Of a stretch of DNA of 64,000 nucleotides, positions 48,748 through 58,956 are shown one piece after another. Every line of letters starts with the position of its first letter. Position 1 is the first letter of the stretch. The stretch spans positions 18,060 to 82,059 of the forward strand of contig JBAZKN010000003.1 of NCBI GenBank assembly GCA_041650755.1, in the 5' to 3' direction. The notes under the pieces were generated by a model, which was not told where the DNA came from, searched no databases, and saw only the letters and a list, made by a program, of their open reading frames with translations. Source of the stretch: Patescibacteria group bacterium (GTDB taxonomy: Bacteria; Patescibacteriota; Patescibacteriia; UBA1558; GWA2-36-10). The translations under genes were made by a program, and so were the position numbers.

Positions 48748-49728
48748 TTATGGTACTAATTCGCTCCAAACACAATTATCAATTTCTTGATTGCAAGTAT
48801 ACCTTACCTCACGGGTAGCATTGGTGGTGCTGGCACTGGCTTCAATATTTGAATTGCATTGTGCATCCTCGCCACACCCCTCTGGCCAAGGTGTGATAAT
48901 CAGACTTGGATTATCAAAATAAAAACGAAAGCCGGACTCCACAGTGTGCCGCTCAGCAAAATAAAGTTCAACTATATTATTACTACCGGCGGCTAAATAT
49001 ATAGTGCCGGTTTTAGTAAAAGCAGCATGCGTACCACTATTATTCACTACCACGATGCCATTCAAAAGCACCCAGGAATCGTCATCAGAGGCTAGACTAT
49101 AGCTATAATTGCCTGCCTGTGGAGCTGTCACTCTAGCGCGCCAATGAATACCAAAAAAATAATCATGAGCCAAACCTTCTTTATTTTCCCATTGCGTCCC
49201 ATCATAAGGAAACCACATGCTCACCGGAAACAAAAGATTGGCATCTATTTGCTCGTGCGTCTTATAAGTATTATCGTACCAATCATGTTCTGTCGGGGTT
49301 GGCGTCGGCCCAGGATAAGGATTAACCTCCATGTCGGGGTGCTTCTGAGCGCCAACACCTAAATAATTAAAATATTCGCCCCACCAACCACTGCCGGGCA
49401 CAAATTGACATTCTGGTGGCGGATCACAGGCTCCCGGAATTTCTACAAACTGACTGATGGTCGACACGCCGCCCACTATCAAATTGGGGAAAATAAAATT
49501 ATTCGGCTCCCTTCTTAATTGTATCAGGGCTTCGCCCACGCCCGATTCAGCAGCATAAAAACTTTGCAGAGCAGAAGCAAATGATTGCAAGCTAGCTCGG
49601 CTATTAATGGTAATAGCCAGCACCGATAATACAATGGAAAGCACGACCGCTGACACAACAATAGAGGCAATCAAAGCAGCTGAACCATTTTGGCTATAAT
49701 AATTAAATTTAAAATCGGATTTTTTCAT
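48748..49728 (-). CDS. pilus-associated membrane-anchored protein, hypothetical (minor-pilin/PilX-like?)
   Basis: Single N-terminal TM; last gene of the pilin operon; no clear prepilin cleavage motif. Confidence 0.3.
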   Translation of the reverse strand: MKKSDFKFNYYSQNGSAALIASIVVSAVVLSIVLSVLAITINSRASLQSFASALQSFYAAESGVGEALIQLRREPNNFIFPNLIVGGVSTISQFVEIPGACDPPPECQFVPGSGWWGEYFNYLGVGAQKHPDMEVNPYPGPTPTPTEHDWYDNTYKTHEQIDANLLFPVSMWFPYDGTQWENKEGLAHDYFFGIHWRARVTAPQAGNYSYSLASDDDSWVLLNGIVVVNNSGTHAAFTKTGTIYLAAGSNNIVELYFAERHTVESGFRFYFDNPSLIITPWPEGCGEDAQCNSNIEASASTTNATREVRYTCNQEIDNCVWSELVP

Positions 49729-50277
49729 CTATCTAATACTCAAAAATGTATTAAAACTTTTTTGGGCAAAACTCTTGGGATCACTGGGATCACCAGCCGC
49801 AATAGTAAAACTAATAAGCACTCCCTGATTTTCTTCACCCCGATTATCGGCCAGTGGCACCAGACTAAAGTCACTCACCCTGACATTTTTAGTATTGAGC
49901 GACAGGGGCGTAGCTGTACTTTGGTCCGGAAAACCACTGCCCGTATCTTCGGTTTGGCGGAAAAAAAGATTATTTGACTCAAGAGCTAGATTAAATCTAT
50001 AGCTGGGTAGGTTATAAAAATAAACATTGGCCGGATCACCGCCCCCATCCGATATAATATCCACATTATGAACTTTGTTTAGAACAAAATTCATAATATA
50101 TCTGGCATTGCTATCAACTGCATCTGAAACTTGAAATTTTTTGCGGGCATAAAATATATTCATCACTAAGCTGACTATCATGATGAGCAACATGCAAGTG
50201 ATAAATAAATAGGCTAACAATTCTACTAGCGTAAAACCATTCGCTCTATTGATTTTTGGTAAAAAATCGTATTTCAT
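49729..50277 (-). CDS. prepilin-type N-terminal cleavage/methylation domain protein (minor pilin)
   Basis: NRANG|FTLVELL prepilin peptidase motif with conserved E5. Confidence 0.55.
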   Translation of the reverse strand: MKYDFLPKINRANGFTLVELLAYLFITCMLLIMIVSLVMNIFYARKKFQVSDAVDSNARYIMNFVLNKVHNVDIISDGGGDPANVYFYNLPSYRFNLALESNNLFFRQTEDTGSGFPDQSTATPLSLNTKNVRVSDFSLVPLADNRGEENQGVLISFTIAAGDPSDPKSFAQKSFNTFLSIR

Positions 50278-52175
50278 GGATAAATCGAATAACTTATAGT
50301 TACATCCTCTAGGATGGGCACCTGTAATTCTGAACTGGTATCCAAATAAAGACGATAGCGCAAATAACGCTGATTGAGATGACTTTGATAGTTAATGTAT
50401 TCCTGGGACGCATTAGTATAATAAGTATTACTGCTGCCATCAGGTCCCAAGAAATTCCACGGACCAGCTTGATTTTGGCTGGTGGCTATTTGAAACTTTA
50501 TATTTGTGCCCAGTGGCTCAAGTCCAGACCAACGAATCCAGTTGTAGGCTACGGTGCTAGTGCCAGTATCAAAAGTGGATGATTCTAGCATGCCGGCCGA
50601 GGCATATTGGCAATCAGTATCTTCCGTGGAAATAATGGCAAACTCCCCCAAATCACCAGTAGTAGCCGCATAAATAACTGCGCAATTAGCTGACATGCCC
50701 AAAATTGATCCAAACAAATCAAATCCGGAAACCTTATTAATGGTGGACGGGAAGCTAATATCTATCACTCTTAGTTCTTCTGTGCTAATTGCTGTGCCAA
50801 GAAGCGCATATGGACCGACTATGCCAAAGGCGTTGATGTCGGCACCCACCTCGTATTGACCGATTAATTCTGGGCTAATTGGGTCCTCAATGTTAAATAT
50901 AAAAAACTCTGGGCCGCTATAATTGACCTTGGTTGAAACATAGGCTCTGGTGCCACGAACATTTACATCGGTTGCCCTTAGCGAACCCGATAGATCATAT
51001 TGGCCGGCCAAAAACATATTAGCCGGATTAGTAATGTCAACAATCTGCAATTCTTTGCTAGAATCCTCTGTGGCTACATAGACATAATTACCGGAAACAA
51101 ATAACTCATTGCCAGTGGCGCTTACACTTAAGGTATGTGAATATTGAGTCGGGTTAGATGGATTAGTGATATTGAAAGCATACAAGGTGCTACCCTGAAT
51201 AATATAAGCTTGAGTATTATTAACCACAATGTCTCTAGCGTCGCTACTGCCAGATAAATTACGAGTAACTTCTACATGCAGATTGTGCGGATCAGCCACA
51301 TCTATCACCTGAAATTCTGCACCATCAGATCGGGTAGAAACATAAGCAAAATTACCCTGAACCATTACAGCCGTTACACCGGTACCAATATTCAAAGATC
51401 CCAGAGGTTGAGGATCGCGAATATCGCTGATATTTAAAACATAAAACTCACTGCCCGAACTATTATTTTCAGTCACCACATAAGCTATGCCGTCTGTCTC
51501 ATAAACATCATTGTCATCAGAACTGCCCGGAGTATTGTAAAAAGCAGTAGTAGTAGCATTGTTCCAATTCAAAAAACCTGCGATTAAAGTTGATACGCCA
51601 GGTATAGTAACATCAATACCAGCATTTTTTGAATAAAACTTGGTATCATCTGACCAATCAACTTGACCTGTACCACCCACCCAATTCTCTTGAGACCAGC
51701 GGCTGGCCTGAAAACGATAAACGTAGGTTTCCAGCTGTTCTTGCCGCTGCCTGCCAGTGCGGCTCAACCAGGAAATGGTGACGGTAATTTTTTTAGTGTC
51801 AGGGTCAATATTTTGGCTACCTCCCATCAGACCATAAACATTGCCATTCTCAACATCGGTCCGATAGACATCAGATACTGTGACTACTCGGGAAAATCTA
51901 TTATCTAAGAGTGGTTCATTGGCCGCCAAAGCCCAGGTGCCATCTTGCTGGACTAGGCCATGGTCACCAATAACCAAATTTTCCCAAGAAATTAACTTAC
52001 TAGCCTCTATGCCTTCAACAGCATAAAATAGGGCCTGCGTCCGCTCTTCATTGAGACGACGGATAGAACTATTAAATGAGCTAATGTTAAAAATAGCTAC
52101 AATAATCACACCCACAAAAGAAATGGCCACTAATAACTCTACTAAAGAAAATCCGGCTGATTTATTTCTAAACAT
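50274..52175 (-). CDS. large pilin-like protein with LVIVD-repeat beta-propeller region
   Basis: N-terminal KSAG|FSLVELL prepilin motif; at least six repeats of (V/I)xDI(S/T)(D/N)P..P..(G/S). Confidence 0.55.
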   Translation of the reverse strand: MFRNKSAGFSLVELLVAISFVGVIIVAIFNISSFNSSIRRLNEERTQALFYAVEGIEASKLISWENLVIGDHGLVQQDGTWALAANEPLLDNRFSRVVTVSDVYRTDVENGNVYGLMGGSQNIDPDTKKITVTISWLSRTGRQRQEQLETYVYRFQASRWSQENWVGGTGQVDWSDDTKFYSKNAGIDVTIPGVSTLIAGFLNWNNATTTAFYNTPGSSDDNDVYETDGIAYVVTENNSSGSEFYVLNISDIRDPQPLGSLNIGTGVTAVMVQGNFAYVSTRSDGAEFQVIDVADPHNLHVEVTRNLSGSSDARDIVVNNTQAYIIQGSTLYAFNITNPSNPTQYSHTLSVSATGNELFVSGNYVYVATEDSSKELQIVDITNPANMFLAGQYDLSGSLRATDVNVRGTRAYVSTKVNYSGPEFFIFNIEDPISPELIGQYEVGADINAFGIVGPYALLGTAISTEELRVIDISFPSTINKVSGFDLFGSILGMSANCAVIYAATTGDLGEFAIISTEDTDCQYASAGMLESSTFDTGTSTVAYNWIRWSGLEPLGTNIKFQIATSQNQAGPWNFLGPDGSSNTYYTNASQEYINYQSHLNQRYLRYRLYLDTSSELQVPILEDVTISYSIYP

Positions 52176-52176
52176 A

Positions 52177-52647
52177 TTAATTTACTTGTCCATCAGCTGT
52201 CACCATAATGGTTTTTATTGGGGCATCCTCAAACTGTGGCGACAACTCTATGGCACCGACATTTGGTGTTTCGCCAGTAAATTTCGTAAACACTACATCT
52301 GGTCCATGGCCCCCTGCCCCATCAGATATGGCTGTGTTCAAATTTATTATTCTGGCGCCAATGATATTTTTGGTCTGATTAGCGGGGTTATCCATATCAT
52401 AAAAGCTTCCTGGAAAAACAACATAAGTACTAGTTGCCAAATGTATTCCCCAATTTGTCCCACCGGCAGCTGCTACGGCTTTACTTTGAGCCAGTCTCAA
52501 ACTGCTTTTCAATTCATCAACCGCATTTAGAGTCTGCACCTCTCTCTGCCAAAGCCGGTATGAAGTCAAAGACATAGAGGCCAAAAGAGCAACAACAAAA
52601 AATGTTATCATCAGCTCTAAAATAGTAAATCCTTTTTTGTTAAACAT
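52177..52647 (-). CDS. type IV pilin (candidate major pilin)
   Basis: KKG|FTILELM prepilin motif; 156 aa. Confidence 0.7.
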   Translation of the reverse strand: MFNKKGFTILELMITFFVVALLASMSLTSYRLWQREVQTLNAVDELKSSLRLAQSKAVAAAGGTNWGIHLATSTYVVFPGSFYDMDNPANQTKNIIGARIINLNTAISDGAGGHGPDVVFTKFTGETPNVGAIELSPQFEDAPIKTIMVTADGQVN

Positions 52648-52667
52648 CCTAAAAAATAACTAAAACT

Positions 52668-53876
52668 CTACTGGGCAAAACTTTGGGTTAATTCATACAT
52701 TGGAGCAATCACCGACAGGGCAATAAAGCCAACTGCTACTCCGACTGTCACTAGTAATATTGGCTCAATGATCGAAGACAGGTTAGTCAAAACATTGCTC
52801 ACTCGCTCTTCATAGTATTCGGAAATTTTCTTGAGAATATTTTCCAGCTCACCAGTATCCTCGCCCACATGGGATAGCTGTACAGTCAAAGAAGTAAATA
52901 ATTGTGGCCGATCGGCCATAGAAGCTGCCAAAGATTTACCCTTTTCCAGCTCTTTGGCCATTATCAAAATCTCTTGCCTATATTTCAAATTGGGCACAGT
53001 TTTGGCAACTATTTCCAAGGAGCGAACTATGGACAAACCTGAGGCCAAAAGGGCATTTAAATTGCTGGCAAAACGAGATAGGTTTAGCTCCCTGACTAGA
53101 TTACCAACAAAGGGAAATCTTAATATTATGGTCGCAGACCAAAGTCTTACTGCTCGCAGACGAAATACCAAACTAATAATCAGGATCAGCCCCAAAGCAC
53201 CAGATAAAACATACCAGCCATATGTTTGTATGGCCCAGGTCAAAAATTGAACAGCCAGCAGAATGGCGGGTAATTTTACTTCCGCTTCATTGAAGGTGTC
53301 TATCAATTGAGGAAAGACAAAAAATGCCAAAAATACCGAAATGCCTACCATAGCCACTACTACCACACTCGGATAAATCAAGGCGCTAATAACTTTGCTG
53401 CGCATCTTTTTTTGTGAAGACAAAATGTCAGCCAAGTGCGCCAATGATTCAGCCAAAGCGCCGGTATTTTCACCCACCTCAACCGCTGATACTATCATAT
53501 CAGAAAAGCTCTTGGGATATTGCTTCATGCCGTCCGATAGGCTCTGGCCATTTTCTATCATCTCATATAAGTGTTCCAGGATCTTTCGGAAATATTGATT
53601 CTTAATTTCTTTGGTCAAGGTAAGTAGGGCTGGGGCTAGCGCCAAACCAGCCTTAATCATGGTAGACAGGTTATCCAAAAAAACCATTTGATCGGTCATA
53701 GTGACCCGACCAAAAAGTAAAATTTTTGACCTAGATTTAGTAGTCTTTTTCAAAGGCTTTTTGCCCGGCCTGGTGATAGCTGCCGGTTTATTGACTGGAG
53801 TACCAAGCTTTGATTTGACGACATTAAATTTGCTAGTATCATCAATTTTTCGATGCTTAGTGTCCAAATATTCCAT
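52668..53876 (-). CDS. pilC: type IV pilus assembly platform protein PilC/GspF
   Basis: Two T2SSF-like repeats, three TM segments; 402 aa. Confidence 0.85.
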   Translation of the reverse strand: MEYLDTKHRKIDDTSKFNVVKSKLGTPVNKPAAITRPGKKPLKKTTKSRSKILLFGRVTMTDQMVFLDNLSTMIKAGLALAPALLTLTKEIKNQYFRKILEHLYEMIENGQSLSDGMKQYPKSFSDMIVSAVEVGENTGALAESLAHLADILSSQKKMRSKVISALIYPSVVVVAMVGISVFLAFFVFPQLIDTFNEAEVKLPAILLAVQFLTWAIQTYGWYVLSGALGLILIISLVFRLRAVRLWSATIILRFPFVGNLVRELNLSRFASNLNALLASGLSIVRSLEIVAKTVPNLKYRQEILIMAKELEKGKSLAASMADRPQLFTSLTVQLSHVGEDTGELENILKKISEYYEERVSNVLTNLSSIIEPILLVTVGVAVGFIALSVIAPMYELTQSFAQ

Positions 53877-53932
53877 ATTTACCCTGTTAAATAAATTTAT
53901 TTATCTTTGTTTATTATACTAAATTTTTACAA

Positions 53933-55672
53933 CTACTCGCGCTTAATGCGCAAAACCTCTTCTATGGTAGTGATGCCCAACAGGGCTTTTTGCAAGCCAT
54001 CTTCAAAAATAGTCACCATACCGTAGTCCATAGCGGCCTTGGCAATCTCTGCGGATGAAGCATTGCGAATAATGCACTTTTGCACAGCCTCTGTATTCTG
54101 TAATATTTCCATCACGGCCACACGCTTGGCATAGCCGGTATTATGGCAACGAGCGCAACCCTTGCCTCGATAAAAAGTAAGTTCCGCAAAAGACTTTACA
54201 TTGTCCTTGACGACACCTAGGGTTTTGAATCTAGCCAGCATGTCGACTAAATTTATTTCCTTGCTTAGGCTCTCAATTTCTTCTTTTTTTAGCTTAAAAC
54301 TATAAATACAGTCCTGACAGATGCGGCGCACCAAACGCTGAGCAATCACTACGTTCAGGGTAGAGGCCACCAAAAAAGGCTCTACATCCATGTCCAGCAA
54401 GCGTGGTGGAGCGCCTGAAGCATTGTTGGTATGCAAAGTGGAAAGAACCAAGTGACCAGTCAAGCCTGCCCGCACAGCGATTTGAGCAGTTTCATTATCG
54501 CGAATTTCTCCAATCATGATAATATCTGGATCCTGGCGAAGCAATGAACGCAAACCGTTGGCAAAGGTATAACCAGCCTGTGTGTTGACCTGGGTCTGAT
54601 TGACGCGATGAACGCCATATTCTATCGGATCCTCAATAGTGCAAATATTCACATCCTCGGTATTCAAAATATTTAAAACAGCGTACAGAGTGGTGGTTTT
54701 ACCAGAGCCAGTTGGTCCGACCACTAAAATCATACCATAAGGCTTTTCTATCTGTTTTTCCATGATCTTAGCATTTTTTTCGGAAAAACCAATATCTTGT
54801 AAGTTTAAATTTTGAGCCTCATCTGTCAATAAACGCATCACTACCTTTTCTCCATAAAAAGCTGGAATTACCGAGACGCGAACCGATTCTTCTTCATTGG
54901 CAATCTTAAAAGAAAAACGACCGTCTTGCGGTATGCGATGTTCGTCAATGCGCAAATTGGATAATATTTTGACACGCGCCACAATAGCATCATGTAAAGA
55001 TGCCGGCAGCTCAACCTCGTCATGTAAATCACCATCAACCCTAAATCTCACTACCACCGCATCGGGCAAAGCCTCAATATGGATATCTGATGCCTGCTCA
55101 AACATAGCATACTCTAAAATGGCATCGACAATTTTTATGATTGGCACATCAACTTCTTCGTGGCCACCATGGTTGCCATCACTGGCTACGCTATTGATAA
55201 TATTATTGAGCTCTTCCTTGATATCGCGCTGATAAAGCCGAAAGGCAAAGGCAAAATTGCGCTGGCTAGTCATAAAGACCTTAATAGATTTATTGAGAGA
55301 CGACTGAACCGCTTCTACATTTTGCTTATTGCGCGGATCAACAAAGGCAATTTTTATTGCATCATTATCAGCGGCAAAAGGTATGGCCTGGGCCGCCTCG
55401 GCCACTTTGGCATCCAGCTGAGCAATTGCCTCGGGATCAATGCGACGCTTGCGTAAATTTACATAAGGTATTTTTATGGCATCACCAATAATTTCATATA
55501 AATAACGCTCATTAAAAAACCCGCGCTCAATTAAAACTTCGTCAATGCCTCGACGGCGACGTTGTGAATTCTTTTCTGCCTCTTGCCAATCAGTTTCTTT
55601 GATAACACCTGATTTAAGCAATATGGCCTTTAGTTCTTCTTGGCTAATTGGTAATGTTGAAGCCATATACAT
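53933..55672 (-). CDS. pilB: type IV pilus assembly ATPase PilB/GspE (paralog 2)
   Basis: GspE N-terminal domain, Walker A GPTGSGKTTT, tetracysteine CQDC..CARC; probable start MASTLPI at 55666. Confidence 0.9.
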   Translation of the reverse strand: MYMASTLPISQEELKAILLKSGVIKETDWQEAEKNSQRRRRGIDEVLIERGFFNERYLYEIIGDAIKIPYVNLRKRRIDPEAIAQLDAKVAEAAQAIPFAADNDAIKIAFVDPRNKQNVEAVQSSLNKSIKVFMTSQRNFAFAFRLYQRDIKEELNNIINSVASDGNHGGHEEVDVPIIKIVDAILEYAMFEQASDIHIEALPDAVVVRFRVDGDLHDEVELPASLHDAIVARVKILSNLRIDEHRIPQDGRFSFKIANEEESVRVSVIPAFYGEKVVMRLLTDEAQNLNLQDIGFSEKNAKIMEKQIEKPYGMILVVGPTGSGKTTTLYAVLNILNTEDVNICTIEDPIEYGVHRVNQTQVNTQAGYTFANGLRSLLRQDPDIIMIGEIRDNETAQIAVRAGLTGHLVLSTLHTNNASGAPPRLLDMDVEPFLVASTLNVVIAQRLVRRICQDCIYSFKLKKEEIESLSKEINLVDMLARFKTLGVVKDNVKSFAELTFYRGKGCARCHNTGYAKRVAVMEILQNTEAVQKCIIRNASSAEIAKAAMDYGMVTIFEDGLQKALLGITTIEEVLRIKRE

Positions 55673-55787
55673 CTAAACGCTATCCACAACAGTGGAAAAT
55701 TTCTTTAATTATAACATTTTTTGGCCAAAAACCAAAATGAAAATCAAGGCTCCGATAATTGACTAAAATCCCCTTTTCCGTTATACT

Positions 55788-57116
55788 TTGGAACGTTATA
55801 AAAATCAATTTTTATTATTTCTAAAAACAGATATCATGCAAATAACTAAAAATGATTTGGGCAAAAACCAAACAGAACTCACTATCGAAGTGTCAGTTGC
55901 TGAAATTAAACCACACCTCACCAAGGCGGCCAATCAATTATCCCAAAAGACAAAAATTCCGGGTTTTAGACCTGGCAAAGCGCCCTATGATTTGGTAAAA
56001 AGTCGTTTTGGGGAAATGGCCATACTCCAAGCGGCCCTCGATGATATCGTTAACCAAACATTCTTTCGGGCTGTCACCCAAGAAAAACTGATGACTGTCG
56101 GGCGACCGGAAATCAACATAGAAAAGCTGGCTCCAGAAAATCCTATCGTTTACAAGGCCAAAGTATCTTTGCTGCCAAATGTGGTTTTGGGTGATTGGAA
56201 AAAATTGAATATCAAGAAAAAAGAAGCCAAGACCAGCAGCGAAGATATAGAAAAAACTCTAAAGCAACTCCAGGAACTCAATGTTAAAGAGACTAGGGCT
56301 GACCGCCAAGCTAAAAGCGGCGATAAACTAGAGGTAGATTTTGAAGCCAGTATTAATAAGGCGATAATTGAAGGCGGCAAAAGCTACAAATATCCGGTAG
56401 TCATCGGCGAGCAACGCATGATACCCGGTTTTGAAAATCAACTGATCGGTTTAAAGGCGGGTGAAGAAAAAGAGTTTGATCTAAAATTTCCGGAAAAGTA
56501 CTTCCAAACACATGTGGCTGGTAAAAATGCTCACTTCAAAGTCAAGGTAATAAGTGTTTTTGATCGTGAACTCCCCAAACTAGATGATGCTTTTGCTAAA
56601 AATATCGGTTTTGATACTCTAATGGCCCTCAAAGAGCAACTAGAAAAAAATATCACTCAAGATAAAATCAGCAAAGAAAATCAGCGTGTAGAAAGTGAGG
56701 CCATTCAGGAAATTATCAAGCTAGCAACCATTAATGATATCCCGGAAATTCTAGTTGACAATGAAATTCACAAAATGATCCATGAGCTAGAAGACAGTGT
56801 GCGGCAACAAGGAATGGATATGGCCGGCTACCTAAAATCCATAAATAAAACTCACAAGGATTTTCATACTGATTTTCGCAAACCAGCCATAGAGAGAATA
56901 AAAGCTGCCTTGGTTTTAAGAAAAATTGCTAATGAGGAGAAAGTGAATGTATCTGTTGATGAGCTCAATGCCGAAATCACCAAGCAAGAACAAATGTATA
57001 AAGATCACCCAGAAGCTCTGGCCAATATCAATTCCCAACAATACAAAGATTATTTGACCAATGTGCTGCTCAATCAAAAAGTAATCAAGTTGATCACAGA
57101 AAAAATCATAAAATAA
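55788..57116 (+). CDS. tig: trigger factor
   Basis: N-terminal ribosome-binding GFRPGKAP motif, central FKBP-like PPIase; probable start MQITKN at 55836. Confidence 0.85.
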   Translation: MERYKNQFLLFLKTDIMQITKNDLGKNQTELTIEVSVAEIKPHLTKAANQLSQKTKIPGFRPGKAPYDLVKSRFGEMAILQAALDDIVNQTFFRAVTQEKLMTVGRPEINIEKLAPENPIVYKAKVSLLPNVVLGDWKKLNIKKKEAKTSSEDIEKTLKQLQELNVKETRADRQAKSGDKLEVDFEASINKAIIEGGKSYKYPVVIGEQRMIPGFENQLIGLKAGEEKEFDLKFPEKYFQTHVAGKNAHFKVKVISVFDRELPKLDDAFAKNIGFDTLMALKEQLEKNITQDKISKENQRVESEAIQEIIKLATINDIPEILVDNEIHKMIHELEDSVRQQGMDMAGYLKSINKTHKDFHTDFRKPAIERIKAALVLRKIANEEKVNVSVDELNAEITKQEQMYKDHPEALANINSQQYKDYLTNVLLNQKVIKLITEKIIK

Positions 57117-57133
57117 ACCACACACAATAAACC

Positions 57134-57166
57134 CGCTCCGAGAATAGTCGAGGGGCGGCTTTTTTG
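57134..57166 (+). terminator. terminator-like hairpin after tig
   Basis: CCGCTCC..GGGGCGG stem followed by CTTTTTTGATTTTT. Confidence 0.45.
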
Positions 57167-57211
57167 ATTTTTATTATTACCAATGTTAAGATACAAAAGT
57201 AAACCAAAAAT

Positions 57212-58432
57212 ATGAGCAATTCTTCCCCCTTAGCTGACCGCCTACGTCCCACCAAACTTAGCCAATTTTATGGCCAAGAACACATTTTGGGTTCTGGAAA
57301 AATTTTGACGCAAATGGTCAAAAACCAATCCTTGAGTTCTTTAATATTCTGGGGTCCGCCCGGCGTGGGCAAGACTACTCTGGCAAAAATTTTGAGCCAT
57401 GAATTAAAATATAAATTTATAGCTACTAGCGCTGTGCTGATCGGTACACCAGAGATTAAAAAAATCGCCGAAGCAGCCAGGCAAGATGCTGACTTCCTAA
57501 AAACCAAAACCATTTTATTTTTAGATGAAATTCACAGATTCAACAAAGCCCAACAAGATGTGCTTTTGCCTTATGTAGAGCAAGGCATCCTGACTCTAAT
57601 AGGTGCAACTACCGAGAATCCATCTTTTACTATAAACTCGGCCCTGCTTTCCCGCTGCCGGGTTTTAGTTTTAAAAAATTTAGCCAGAGCCGATCTCAAA
57701 AAAATACTAGACCAGGCTTTGGCTGATGAAAAAAATGGTCTTGGTAAAGACAAAATATCCCTTGACCCAGAAGCGGAAAAAATATTATTGGCTTTTGCTG
57801 GCGGCGATGCCCGCCGGTTGCTAACTGCTTTGGAAATTGCCAGCACTGGCCAAAAAAATTATCAGCTGCAAAGTCAGGATATCAGAGAAGCTATCCAGAG
57901 CTCCATCCTCTACTATGATAAAAATGGCGAAGAGCACTACAATATTATTTCTGCCCTGCACAAATGCCTACGCGATTCTGATCCGGATGCGGCTCTCTAC
58001 TGGCTGGCTCGGATGCTGGAAGCTGGCGAGGACCCGCTCTATGTGGCCAGGCGTCTGATACGTTTTGCCAGCGAAGATGTGGGGCTAGCTGACCCCCAGG
58101 CTCTGATTTTGGCTGTGGCTGCCAAAGATGCTGTACATTTTATTGGTATGCCGGAAGGCAAGTTGGCTCTTGCCCAAATCGTCATTTACCTAGCCAAAGC
58201 TCCAAAATCAAACAAGCTATATACTGCTTACATAGAAGCTGGTCGCGATGCCAAAAGCACCAGCCACTATGGCGTGCCTTTGGTCTTACGCAATGCACCC
58301 ACTAAACTAATGAAAGACTTAGGCTATGGCCAGGGCTACAAATATGCTCCAAATAGTTCCGAGGGTGAAATAAAAAAACAACAGCATTGGCCAGATGGTT
58401 TTAAACCAAAAAAATATTATTCTGAAAAATAG
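57212..58432 (+). CDS. rarA: replication-associated recombination protein A (AAA+ ATPase RarA/MgsA)
   Basis: Walker A GPPGVGKTT, Walker B LFLDEIHR, sensor-1 GATTENP, MgsA C-terminal helical domain. Confidence 0.9.
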   Translation: MSNSSPLADRLRPTKLSQFYGQEHILGSGKILTQMVKNQSLSSLIFWGPPGVGKTTLAKILSHELKYKFIATSAVLIGTPEIKKIAEAARQDADFLKTKTILFLDEIHRFNKAQQDVLLPYVEQGILTLIGATTENPSFTINSALLSRCRVLVLKNLARADLKKILDQALADEKNGLGKDKISLDPEAEKILLAFAGGDARRLLTALEIASTGQKNYQLQSQDIREAIQSSILYYDKNGEEHYNIISALHKCLRDSDPDAALYWLARMLEAGEDPLYVARRLIRFASEDVGLADPQALILAVAAKDAVHFIGMPEGKLALAQIVIYLAKAPKSNKLYTAYIEAGRDAKSTSHYGVPLVLRNAPTKLMKDLGYGQGYKYAPNSSEGEIKKQQHWPDGFKPKKYYSEK

Positions 58433-58437
58433 GCTAC

Positions 58438-58956
58438 TTGTGTTATAATATTCTTATTATGCCCACTCTAGCTGTCATTTCTGACGTTCATGATAATTTA
58501 GCCAATCTGCAAAAGGCCTTGGATTATATTACTGATCATAAAATTGATTATTTGATTTGCCTGGGCGACCTGCAGAGCTTGGAGGCCTGGCAAATGCTGG
58601 ATGCTCTAAGTATGCCTGCCTGGGGCGTGCATGGTAATGCCGACAGCTATGGCTGGCAACTAAAAGATTTAAAAAACATCAAAGTATTTGAAGAGTTTGG
58701 CGAAGTCACTTTAGCTGATAAAAATATAATTTTCTGCCATTACCCAGAAATTGTAAAAAAATTTATCATGGATAAAGTGGGTAAATATCAGCTGGCTCTT
58801 CATGGACACAGCCATAAGCCGTGGGAAGAAAATTATCATGGTACAAAAATATTAAACCCTGGTAACGTAGCCAATATACGCTATGCACCCAGTTTTGCTA
58901 TAATTGACTTAGATACCCTGCAAGCTAAATTAATATTAATCAATGAAATAAAATGA
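58438..58956 (+). CDS. metallophosphoesterase (YfcE-like)
   Basis: VISDVHDN, GD, GNAD, HGHSH metal-ligand motifs; probable start MPTLAV at 58459. Confidence 0.7.
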   Translation: MCYNILIMPTLAVISDVHDNLANLQKALDYITDHKIDYLICLGDLQSLEAWQMLDALSMPAWGVHGNADSYGWQLKDLKNIKVFEEFGEVTLADKNIIFCHYPEIVKKFIMDKVGKYQLALHGHSHKPWEENYHGTKILNPGNVANIRYAPSFAIIDLDTLQAKLILINEIK

